Shown here: piece by piece, positions 1 to 12,027 of the stretch
Numbering within the stretch: the stretch's first letter is position 1
How the letters are laid out: each line of letters starts with the position of its first letter
Source: Paraspadella gotoi
Lineage: Eukaryota > Animalia > Chaetognatha
Assembly: GCA_051294375.1 (NCBI GenBank)
Contig: CM119268.1
Span: 14,418,060-14,482,059 of the forward strand
Length of the DNA stretch: 64,000 bases
Direction: 5' to 3'
Made by a program: the position numbers and the translations under genes
Notes under the pieces: generated by a model
Told to the model about the DNA's origin: nothing
The model's input: only the letters and a program-made list of their open reading frames with translations
The model's database searches: none

Positions 1-1326
1 TTGGTCATTTCCGTAGCCAATCGTTGAGCCGAATTTTCTTTTTAGAATTGAAAGCAATATGCTTCGATAAAATGAACGCAATGGCGATCCCAAGAACAGG
101 TTTCCTCATCACCGACTGTGATCAGAGAGACCACCCGCGATGTCGTTTCCAACGTATCTCGATGACCGAGACATTCGATCGACATTCAAGAATCGACCTC
201 GAGCGGTCATTGGTCGATTCCTCCAGATCAAAACAAGGAATTCTCGCTAAAATTACTTCTCGATCGGTCAACGCCGACAAAAAGAGTTGCGTCATTGGCC
301 AATACTGAATTAGCGACGTCACCAGTCGAGACGTTCAATCGTTCAAAATAAGAAACGAGGGGAAGATTCGGTCGAATGGATTCGGACGATGAATCTGACC
401 GAATTTGGAGAAGAATAAAGATTAAAGAAACTTTTGAGTTGGGCATGCAGAGAGACGGGAGGTCAACAAAACGCTGCATCAATGATGAAGATCAGACTGG
501 GAGAACGGGGTGGAGTAGAAGTTTGCACTATTCGTAGTAAACATTTAACTAGTTGAGATTATGAACACTTGAGTATAGTATGATAGTATGATAAAAACCA
601 TGAATTTTGATTCGTAATTCTAACAACGAATGAATTAGCCAAATCAAAGACGATCTACAACTTTGTCCGAAGGTTGGCTGCAGATCGATTGCTTTCTGCA
701 ATTGTTTTCATTGGTTCTAAAGGTACATAGAGAAACGATGGCCAATGACCGATTGGCTGAAAAGCGAGATTTCGGTTGTCAATTCGCGAATCCCAAAACG
801 TCGGGGAAAATTTTTTATCGTAATTCGGTTCGTTGACTCAGAAGATGAAAATGACGGTAAGCCGTTGGCGGTCAGACGAGAAATGGGTCAAAGACAGGGT
901 GGTTGTCGTTATTGTTGTGGTGGTGGTGGTGGGTCAGTGGGAATTATTAAAGAGAAGAAAAAATGGTTCGTCGGTGTCGTTGACGCGTCGCGGTTCATTA
1001 GCGGCGCTGAAATCCGGAAGGAGTGAATCTCGGGCGATCGTCGGCCCCCTGACGGTCAGACATTTTGATCGATGACGGAAAAATGACCCACATCCGGAAT
1101 GAAAACAAAAGGACAACATTCGTCGAGGCGAAATCGAAAAGAAGAGAAAAATCATCCCGAGATCGATTAGGGAAGGAAAGGGAGAAGCGGGGGGGGAGAA
1201 GGAATCCCGCGGTGACGAAAATCGAAATAATAAAAGCCATTTTAAGTTTTGAGAAGAGAAAAAAAATCCGAAACTTGTAAATTAAAGCTGTTGCGAAACT
1301 GTCAACTCCGTGGAGAAGAGAAGAGA

Positions 1327-1391
<65 letters not shown>

Positions 1392-4300
1392 CTCACAGAC
1401 CTTGAAGGGGCCCTTGTAACAAATTTTGTCGCGAACTCGTAAAATAAATGCGCTGAATTCCGTCACGCGAAACGTCTCTACCTGAGAATATAACAACCTA
1501 AAAAAAAAAGAATAAATCATAAAAACAAATAAAAATGAAGCCTCGCGAAAAAGCGTTGACGAACAACAGAGATTCATTCTTTTTTTATAGTTTGGGATTT
1601 TATTTTCGTTACGCGCAGTCACACGATGTTGTTTTCGGATGAAAAACCAACTCGTCTGCCCTTACTCTCACTCTCTCTTCCTCTCTCATCTCTCTCTCTC
1701 TATCTCTCTCTCATCTCTCTCTATCTCTCTCTCTCCTCTCACCGTCCTCCCTCCCCCCGCCATCTCTATCCCTCGCCTCATCCCACTGCTCCTCTCTCTC
1801 TCTCTCTCTAACCACCCACTCCTTCCCCCTCTTCCTCTAACCTCCGGGTTTTTTTGGTTATGTGTGTGTCCTTTTGGTCGAGGACGTGAGTGTGAGGTCC
1901 GATTCGGGAATTGGAAAAAAATTGTATCACAATCCAGGATTTCGGATTTTTTTTTTCCCTCCTCTTTTTTTGGAAGACTAAACTTATTTCGAAGCCAAAA
2001 AAACGCGAATATCACTTGAAATTATAATATTAAAAGAACTATTAAACATTTTCAGTTGTCGTTGTACGTTGTTATTGTTATTAGAAATTTTTTGTATCTG
2101 ATCATCGTCGCTCAGTTAACGGAAGCCAGTTTAAGTGGAGGGAAAAAGGCTTTTAGTGAAAAGATACTCTCTCTCTCTCTCTCTCTATTCTCTCTCTCTC
2201 TGCTCTCACTCTCCTCTCTCTCTCTCTCTTCTCTCTACTCTCATCTGTCTCATTCCTCTCTCTCGTCTCTCTCCATCCCGCTGTAATTAAAAAATATACG
2301 CGGAAATTTGATTTTTTTTTTCTCCCCCAGATATAATTTGATTTTATATTAAAAAGAAGCCACTGCGAAATTAGATAATTCTTCATAAAAAAAAAGTTTC
2401 TAGGCGCTAGGCCTTGGAACCGAAGTTTAAAAAGGTTTCTTTCTCCTCTCTCTCCTATCTCTCTATCTCTATCTCTCCTCGGGAAATAAAGGCGTTTCAG
2501 GCAAGAAGCTTTTGGAGAGAGAGAGAGAGAGAAGATAAAAAGAAAAGAGACCAAAAAAAAAAATATAATGAAAAAAGAAGAATCCATTATTTTTTGGTTA
2601 TTTTTTAGTATTTCTTTCTCCGATTCGAAAACGCATTTAAGGTGGATTCAAATTTTTTTCAAACGCAACATCTGCTGCCTGGGAAAACAAGGAAAGGGGG
2701 GAGGAAGAAGAGGAAACAAAATAAAAGAGGAACAGAAGAAAAAAGAAAACTAAAAAGAAAAGAAAAAAAAACAAAACTAAATCGTGTTCTGGAATAGAAG
2801 AAACAGGGGAAGGCCGAACAAGAAGCTGAAGGGGAAACGAGAATCGAAGAAACAAGAAAAAAGAAAGAATGCTAAAAAAAGAAAAGATTTGAAAATTGAA
2901 GTGGAAGAAAAAAAAGGGCAGAGAAATGTGGATAACGCTGGAGGAAGGAAAAGATAAAAAAGAAATAGAGAGGAGAGAAAGATGAAGGAGAAACGGAGCC
3001 GAAAAAGTGGAAGCTGGAAAAAGGGTAAAGGACTTTCTCTCACGCGCTCACCTTCCACTTTCTCTCCCCCCATCTCACTCATTTCACACCCTCCTCCTTC
3101 TAATCCAACTTTCGAATCGAAGCAGAGAAAAAAAACAGAAAGAAAAACGATTTAATTCATTTCGTAACCTGAAAATTGATGAGCCGTGAACGAGGCGCAC
3201 CTTGCGTCCACGGGGGAAAAAAAAAGCCCCGAACGTTTTTCGCTTCTTGCTTTGTTTTTTCCGCTTGGCGCTTTTTTTATTTTTCTCACCCATGTTTTTG
3301 AAGTATGCAATTTTTTTCAAGAATTATGTTCGATGTATCGCTTTAGGACATAAACTCAAAGATGTCTTGCCCATTATTCTTTTTATTATTCGTTTATTCT
3401 ATCATTGATTTTACGTCTGTTTCATTTTTTTTCAGATTAATTCCTTTTCTCTCCGCCTCCAATTTAAATATTTCCGCCAAATTTGACTCGAAGTACAAAA
3501 AATCGCGTCGTGATCGTGAATCAAAAACCAACTTTCCATATCACAAAATCTGGATTTTTTTTTTTATCCTTTCAAATTCGTCTCAATTTTTTTCGGCCGA
3601 CCTCATTCATTATCATCAACGAAATATACAGTATTTTTTCCTTCATCTGTTCGATTTTTAATCTCCGTTTTGCGTGAAGTTACGAATGGTATGTATTTTT
3701 TTGTTTTACTTTTCGAAATAATCGAATAAAGATTTCGTTTTTTGTGAGCGTGAAAAAAAGTTAACATTAACAAATCCGTGGGGGTCCGAGAGTAGTTAAT
3801 TTTCTCCGATTGTAACGAGCAATAAAAGTAGAAATTCCCGCCGGAAAAAGTAGACTTTTTTAGTAATTTACTTTTTATCTCTCGTTTATTTTTCCTTTCG
3901 TTAGAGGCGAAAAAATCGGGGATTTTTTTTTCCTTTAATCGTTTTTTTTTGTTTTTTTCGGTTCGAAAGATTTTTTTTTTCTTTTGGGGAATCGACGCGA
4001 AATCCATCCATGAGAGAGAGAGTGGAGAGAGAGAGAATGACGATTCATCGGCTTCGTCGTCGTCGTCGGTCGTCGTCGTCGTCGTCGTCTCCCGTAGTCG
4101 CTTTCGTCGTTTTCGCTTTTCGTCGTCGCCGTCGTCTTCTTCATCGACTTCGTCGTCGTTCGTCGCGGCCGACGTTCGTCCATCGTCGTCGTTCTCTCTC
4201 TCTCTCTCTCTTCTTCTCTCTCTCTCTCTCTCTCTCTCATCTGCTCTTCTCTCTCTCTCTCATCTCTCCGAGGTCCTCTCTCTCTCTCTTCCTTCCAGCG

Positions 4301-5718
4301 AATATTTTGTTTCTTTCGTGAAAAAGCTCGTTAGTTCGAGTCTGACCTTTTTTTCTCTCTTTTTCGGTCGGAAACAAAGGATTCTGTTCCCCGAATTTTC
4401 GTCGGCGCGAGGTCCGGAGTCGAAAACCGGAGAGCGACGAGTGATGGGTCGGACTCTCTTTAAACTCATTTGCTATTGTAGCAATAGGAAAAAACATGGA
4501 AAAAAAAAAGAGGAAATGTATACCTCGAAACTAATTTACAATATATCATTGCGGGGCAACCCGACCTTAGGTGTTTGGAAAGCGAGAGAGGAATGCATAC
4601 GTTTTAATTTAATTCGCCTTTGCCTCATATTCAACTTTATTTTAAAACCAGTTTGAGTAATTTAGTCTAGAGACTAGTTTACGTTTTCTGTGGGGAAATT
4701 TGCCCAAAATTAACGATGTTTTCGCAGACCTTTTACATTAATTAAATTTAAAAGTAATACAATAAGGTTATTGTGAAGATTATTCTAACTGCTTCCAATT
4801 TTAACCTTCTTGATAATCAGTGGTTGTCATGCTTTTTAAGCGGCTATTTAGACGAACGATATAAGAACGATATAAACAATTTATTAAATGCCCCAATTAC
4901 AAAAAAATTTTAAAAAAAATAACGTGTCCCACTGCTGTGGGGAACTTTTGGAAGTAATCATCACCTTTAAAAAAAAAACGTCAAGCTCGTTAAATTCGTA
5001 GATAATAATTTGCAAGAGGTTTTAAATTATTAAATTCATAGCCAATGTTTAAATTGATACGTATTCTTTATTAGCGGTTAGAAATCTTTTCATAATTTCA
5101 AAAAAGAAAAAAAAATGTTATTAAACATACATTTGTATAGCAATCGTCAAAATAAATAAAGCAATAAAAGTAGAGTCTTTAGTTTCGTCGCCGCGAGAAG
5201 AAAAAAGAAAAGAAAAGAAAGTCACTTATTCTCGGCTGCCCTGACCCGCGCTCAGAGGACGCGAGATGAAAAAGAATTAGGAGAAGAATTCGCGTAACTA
5301 GGTCCGTGAGGAGAATGCGAGAACGAGGGGGAGAAAGGAGCGAGGGGGGGGGGAAGAGGAGGAGGAGAGAGGAGGAGGAACGAAGAGAAACTCGGATATC
5401 GATTCGGATGTAAAAGGGAAGAGACAATGGTGGAAGTCGTGAAAGTCTCGGAAAATCAGTCCTGGCGGAAAGACTACAATTATCGACAGTGAGAAGAGTG
5501 AAGACTGAAAGGAGTGTGAAATGACGAGAAGATCGCCAAAGATTGGAATTGAGAAGTCGGAGATACGGTGGAAACTAATGCGGAATTTAAATAAAAGGGC
5601 AGCTGGTGAGTCGTAACCAGGAAAAAAGGAAAGTCAATCAATATCGAAGGAGTGAGTGGAGAGTCATTCAACGGATCAAACAAAGGATTTCGTTAAATGC
5701 GGACGCTAAATTCGTTAA

Positions 5719-6566
5719 AGAGGAAAGGTCATTCAGCAATAACAATACGTAATCATTGATGTGTTAGAGCTAATATATTCGAGAAATACATATAGTCATC
5801 AGTAATCACAAAAAATAAGTTTCTTAATTTATATGTAAACATTCCGTTTTCAAAAAATTTTTTTAAATGGTAAATAACAAATTGTTAGTTAAAATGGGTA
5901 AAGCACATTTTCTAAAGATTTTGTTTTTCAATCTGTTGTGTGAAAAATTCTAGGTAAGAAAAGGTTTAAAAAACCCAAGGGGTTTTTTAAAAATGGGGGA
6001 TAATTTAGAAGGGGAGAAATTAAGCAATTAATCTCGTTACTCTGTTGGTTTTCCAGTCATGAACAAAAATCTTCCAGTTAAATAGAATGGTAAAAGAATT
6101 CGAGCTACAATGAATCTACACGATTTGAAAGTTGCAGCCTAAAACGACTGCAAATAATAATTGAATTAAAAATTGATTAGCATCTTAAAAACATTTGTAA
6201 AATGTAATAGAGAACGACCATTTTGATAAACGCGTTCCAGTTTAGAAAGAATTTCAGGGTTAAAAGTTTTAAAAACGTTTCAATTTCAAGGATACAAGTT
6301 GAAAATTTAAAAATGTCTTCTAATTACATTTTTCTAATTCAGTAATAAAAAATTCATAAAATCAGGTGGATTGGCCTTTCGTTTGACCTGCAACTCTTCA
6401 GATAAGGTTTCTTTTATTTATATTATAATTAAAACGCGTAATAAAATGGGGTAGAAATGCATCAAATGCTTAAAGTGAATCATTTCGGAATCCGCCAGAG
6501 CTCAGCCCTTCGAAAATTTGTTACTCCATTTTAGCCTATTTTAAAGTTGAATGAATGACCCTTTTC
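5719..6566. mobile_element. Non-autonomous DNA transposon (MITE-like) with TTAA target-site duplication, possibly Kolobok-type
   Basis: Flanked by TTAA at 5715-5718 and 6567-6570. Imperfect TIRs AGAGGAAAGGTCATTCA / TGAATGACCCTTTTC. Precisely absent from the duplicated copy (TTCG-TTAA-AAACCG near 13417-13430). No ORF. Confidence 0.75.
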
Positions 6567-7389
6567 TTAAAACCGAGCGCGCGCCAGAAGTTATCCTGCT
6601 CTCTCGAGGCGCTTCGTCCCGACGGCAACGCTTTGTTTATTTTTTTCGAATCTAAACGTAAACAAAACGGAATCGAAGTCGCGGAATGAAACGAACAAAT
6701 GAAGCGCCGACTATAAAAACGTCGCAGAGGAAGAATTTATGACCTTTTATTTCTTTTTTTTTGTTCTCGTTCGCTCGTTGCTTTCTTCTTCTTCTCTCTC
6801 TCCTCCATCTCTCATCTCTCTCTCTCTCTCTCTTCTCTCTCTCCTCTCTCTTCCTCTCTCACTCTCTCTCATCTCTCTCTCTCTTTCCGTCTCTTTCTCA
6901 CACTCACAACGCGTTCCGATCTTTGTTTTCCCGCGCGATTCTTTCTCTCTTCTTCCATTCCACAGACGACTCCCAGGTGATTGACCTCGCAGACCCGAAA
7001 TTCGCCCATCGACGACGCCTTCATTAATGCAAATGAGATTTTTGCGCTCCAATTTAGGATAATTGAATCCGCGCGACCCATGGCCGATTTAAAAAAAGAG
7101 GAGAGGGGAGAGAGAGAGAGAAGAGAGGAGAGAGAGAGAGAGAGAGAGAGACGAGGAGAGAGAGAGAGAGAAGGAGAGAGATAGAGAGATAGAGAGAGAC
7201 GAGAGAGGGGGTGAGAAAGAGATTGTTAGCTAGGGACAAGAGCATCAAAGAAAGAAAAGATTGAAAGAATGAAAGGGGAAACTTTAACGCGGCCAAGCGA
7301 GAGAGAGAGAGAGAGAAGAGGAGAGAGAGAAGAGAAGAGAGAGAGAGAGAGAGATGAAGAGAGAGAGAGAGAGAGAGAGAAGAGAAAGA

Positions 7390-7654
7390 AGTTCTCACGA
7401 ATTGCCAGCGGTACACACAGGCGGCGATTTCGACGACGCGTAGCGACGAAGGTAGTAATGATGCAAACTCCGGCCAGCGCGATCGGCGCTGGGATCGCGA
7501 AGAGGAATTTAGATTGATGAGTCACGGTCGTCGTCTTGTCGTCGTCGTCGTCTTCGTCGTTGGCGACGCTTATAATTGATGGTGAAAGCTCGAAAGAAAA
7601 TAGTCTCCCCATTTCCTTTCTCCCAAAGAGCACCTCAACCAACTCCCCATTTGC
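7390..7654 (-). CDS. Candidate exon encoding an acidic stalk, a transmembrane helix and a basic stop-transfer sequence (second, frameshifted copy at about 14290-14553)
   Basis: ATTCAG| acceptor, then ANGELVEVLFGRKEMGRLFSFELSPSIISVANDEDDDDD...KFLFAIPAPIALAGVCIITTFVATRRRNRR. Confidence 0.35.
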
Positions 7655-7837
7655 CTGAATTTTCATACGTTTCTTTACTTCTTTTCTTTTTCTTTCTTTT
7701 CTTTTTCCTCCTCNNNNNNNNNNNNNNNNNNNNNNNNNCCTTGTAACAAATTTTGTCGCGAACTCGTAAAAATAAATGCGCTGAGATTCCGTCTACGCGA
7801 AACGTCTCTACCTGAGAATAAACAACCTCAGAGAGAG

Positions 7838-9100
7838 ATCCCAGAACAGTGTTTCCTCATCACCGACTGTGATCAGAGAGACCACCCGCGATGTCGTTTC
7901 CCACGTATCTCGATGACCGAACATTCATCGACATTCAAGAATCGACCTCGAGCGGTCATTGGTCGATTCCTCCAGATCAATAACAAGGAATTCTCGCTAA
8001 AAATTACTTCTCGACGGTTCAACGCCGAAAAAAGAGTGCGTCATTGGCCAAATACTGAATTAAGCGAAGTCACAGTCGAGAACGTTCAATTCGTTTCAAA
8101 ATAAGAAAGAGGGGAAGATTCGGTCGAATGGATTCGGACGATGAAATCTGACGAATTTGGAGAAGAATAAGATTAAAGAAACTTTTTGAAGTTGGGCGCA
8201 GAGAGACGGGAGGTCAACAAAAACGCTGCATCAATGAGAAGATCACTGGGAGAACGGGGTGTGAGTAGAAGTTTTGCACTATTCGAGTAAACATTTAACT
8301 AGTTGAGATATGAAACTTGAGTATGTATGATAGTATGATAAAACGCATGAATTTTGATTCGTAATTCTAAACAACGAATGAATTAGCCAAATAAAGACGA
8401 TCTTACAACTTTTTGTTCCGAAGGTTGGCTGGGCAGATCGATTGCTTTCTGCAATTGTTTTCAATTGGTTCTAAAGGTACATAGAGAAACGCATGGCCAA
8501 TACCGATTGGCTGAAAAGCGAGATTCCGGTTGTCCATTCGCCGAATCCCAAAAACGTCGGGGAAATTTTTTATCTGTAATTCGGTTCGTTGACTCGAAGA
8601 ATGAAAATGACGGTAAGGCCGTTGGCGGTCAGACGAGGAAATGGGTCAAGACAGGGTGGTTTTGTCGTCTAATTGTTGTGGTGGTGGTGTGGGTCCAGTG
8701 GGAATTATAAAGAGAAAGAAAAAAATGGTTGTCTCGGTGTCGTTGACGCGTCGCGGTCATAGCGGCGCTGAAATCCGGGAAGGAGTGAATCTCGGGCGAT
8801 CGTCGGCCCCCTGACGGTCCAGACTTTTGATCGATGACGAAAAAATGACCCACATCCGGAAATGAAAACAAAAGGACAACATTCGTCGAGGCGAAATCGA
8901 AAAGAAGAGAAAAATCATCGCCGAGATCGATTAGGGAAGGAAAGGGAGAAGCGGGGGGGGAAAGGAATGCCCGCGGTGACGAAAATCGAAAAATAAAAGT
9001 CATTTTAAGTTTTGAGAAGAGAAAAAAAAAATCCGGAACTTGTAAATTTAAAGCTTTGTAATGCGAACTGTCAACTCCGTGGGAAGAAGCGAGAGAGAGA

Positions 9101-9158
<58 letters not shown>

Positions 9159-10030
9159 TATGAGAGAGTCTCTACAGGGACCTTGTAGCAGGGGCCCTTG
9201 TAACTCAATATTTCTGTCAGCGACACTACGTAAAAATAAATGCGCTGAAGGGATCTCTCCGTGCATCGGCGATAACGTCTCTACCTGAGAGATAAACCAA
9301 CCTAAAAAAAAAAAAGAATAAATAATCATAAAAAACAAATAAAAACGACAGCCTCGCGAAGAAGCTTGACGAACAACAGAGATTCATTCTTTTTTTTATA
9401 GTTTGGATTTTATTTTCGTTACGCGCAGTCCACACGATGTTTATGGTTTTCGGGATGAAAAAACCAAACTCGTCTGCCCTTACTCTCTTTTCTCTCTGCT
9501 CTCTCTCTCTCATCTCTTCTCTCTCTCTCATCTCTCTCTGCTCTCCCTCTCTCCTCTTCTCTCTCTTCTCTTCTCTCTCTCTCCTCTCACCGTCACTCCC
9601 TCCCCCCGCCATCTCTATCCCTCGCCTCATCCCACTGCTCCTCTCTNNNNNNNNNNNNNNNNNNNNNNNNNCTCTCTCTCTCTAACACCCACTCCTTCCC
9701 CCTCTTCCTCTAACCTCCGGGTTTTTTTGGTTATGTGTGTGTCCCTTTTGGTCCGAGGACGTGAGTTGTGAGTCCGATTCGGGAATTGGAAAAAAAATTG
9801 TATCACAGGATTTCGGATTTTTTTTCCTCCTCTTTTTTTGGAAGACTAAACTTATTTCGAAGCCAAAAAAAACGCGAATATCACTTGAAATTAATATATA
9901 TAAAAGAGAACTATTTTAAACATTATTCAGTTGTCGTTGTCGTTGTTATTGTTATTCGAATTTTTGATCTGATCACCGTCGCCTCAGTTACGAAGCCAGT
10001 TTTAAGTGGAGGGAAAAAGGCTTTTAGTGA

Positions 10031-10075
<45 letters not shown>

Positions 10076-11989
10076 ATCCTCTCCTCTCTCTCCGCTGTTA
10101 ATTAAAAAAAACTATACGCGGAAAATTTGAATTTTTTTTTCTCCCCCAGATATAATTTGATTTTTATATTAAAAAAGAAGCCCACTGCGAATTAGATAAT
10201 TTTCATAAAAAAAAATTTCTAGGCGCTAGGCCTTGAACCGAAGTTATAAAAAGGTTTCTTTCTCTCTCTCTCCTCTCTCTCTATCTCTATCTCTCCTCGG
10301 GAAAAAAGGCGTTTCAGGCAGACAGCTTTTGGAGAGAGAGAGAGAGAGAGAGATAAAAAAGAAAGAGACCAAAAAAAAAAAATATAATGAAAAAAAAGAA
10401 GAAAATCCATTATTTTTTGTTATTTTTAGTCTTTCTTTCTCCGATTCGAAAAACGACATTTAAGGTGGATTTCAATTTTTTTCAAACCAACATCTGCTGC
10501 CTGGGAAACAAGGAAAGGGGGGGAAGGAAGAAGAGGAAACAAAATAAAAGAGGAAACAGAAGAAAAAGAAAAACTAAAAAGAAAGAAAAAAAAAACAAAA
10601 ACTAAATCTTGTTCTGGAATAGAAAAACTGGGGAAGGCGAAACAAGAAGCTGAGGGGAAACGAGATCGAAGAAACAAGGAAAAAAAAAAGAAAGATGCTA
10701 AAAAAAAGAAAGATTTGGAAAATTGAAGTTGGAAAGAAAAAAAAAGGGCAGAGAATGTGGAAACGCTGGAGGAAGGAAAAGATAAAAAAAGAAATAGAGA
10801 GAGAGAGAAAGATGAGGATGAAACGGAGCGAAAAAGTGGAAGCTGGAAAAGGGTAAAGACTTTCTCACGCGCTCACCTTCACTTTCTCTCCCCCCCATCT
10901 CACTCATTCACACACCTCCCTCCTTCCTATCCAACTTCGAATCGAAGGAGAGAAAAAAAGACAGAAAGAAAAACTGATTTATTCATTTCACCTGAAAATT
11001 GATGGAGCGTGAACCGAGGCGCACCTTGCGTCCACGGGGGAAAAAAAAAGCCCCGACGTTTTTCGCTTCTTGCTTTTTTTTTCCGCTTGGCTTTTTTATT
11101 TTTTTCTCACCCCATGTTTTTGAGTATGCAATTTTTTTCAAGAATTATGTTCCGATGTATCGCTTTAGACATAACTCAAAAGATGCTTGCCCATTATTCT
11201 TTTATTATTCGTTTATCTATCATTGATTTTACGTCTGTTTCCATTTTTTTTTCAGATTAATTCCCTTCTCCGCCCCCAAATTTAAATATTTCCGCCCAAT
11301 TTGACTCGAAGTACAAAAAATTCGGCGTCGTGAATCGTGAATCAAAACCACTTCATTCACAAAATCGGGATTTTTTTTTTATCCTTTCATTCGTCTCATT
11401 TTTTTTTCGGCCGACCTCATTCATTATCATCACGAATACAGTATTTTTTTTCTTCATCTGTTCGATTTTAATCTCCGTTTTGCGTGAAGTTCACGATGGT
11501 TATTGTATTTTTTTGTTTTACTTTTCGAAATATCGAATAAAGATTTCGTTTTTTTTGTGGAGGCGTGAAAAAAAAGTTACATTAACCAATCCGTGGCGGT
11601 CGAGAGTAGTAATTTTCCCCCCGAATTGTAACGAGCAATAAAAAGTAGAATTCGCCGGAAAAAGTAGACTTTTTTTAGTAATTAACTTTTTATCTCTCGT
11701 TTATTTTTCTTTCGTTAGAGGCGAAAAATCGGGGATTTTTTTTTTCCTTTTAATCGTTTTTTTGTTTTTCGGTTCGAAAGATTTTTTTTTCTTTTTGGGA
11801 ATTCGACGCGAATCCATCCATCGAGAGAGAGAGTGGGAGAGAGAGAGAATGACGATTCATCGGCTTCGTCGTCGTCGTCGTCGTCGTCGTCTCCGTAGTC
11901 GCTTTCGTCGTTTCGCTTTTCGTCGTCGCCGTCGTCTTCTTCATCGACTTCGTCGTCGTTCGTCGCGGCCGACGTTCGTCTCATCGTCG

Positions 11990-12027
<38 letters not shown>

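Larger units (their letters stand above)
87..7713 (+). repeat. Large direct duplication, copy 1 (partner about 7838-14630)
   Basis: Collinear near-identity throughout, e.g. TTTCCTCATCACCGACTGTGATCAGAGAGACCACCCGCG at about 101 and 7852, and GGAAAAAGGCTTTTAGTGAAAA at about 2141 and 10012. Differences are mostly single-base indels. Confidence 0.92.
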
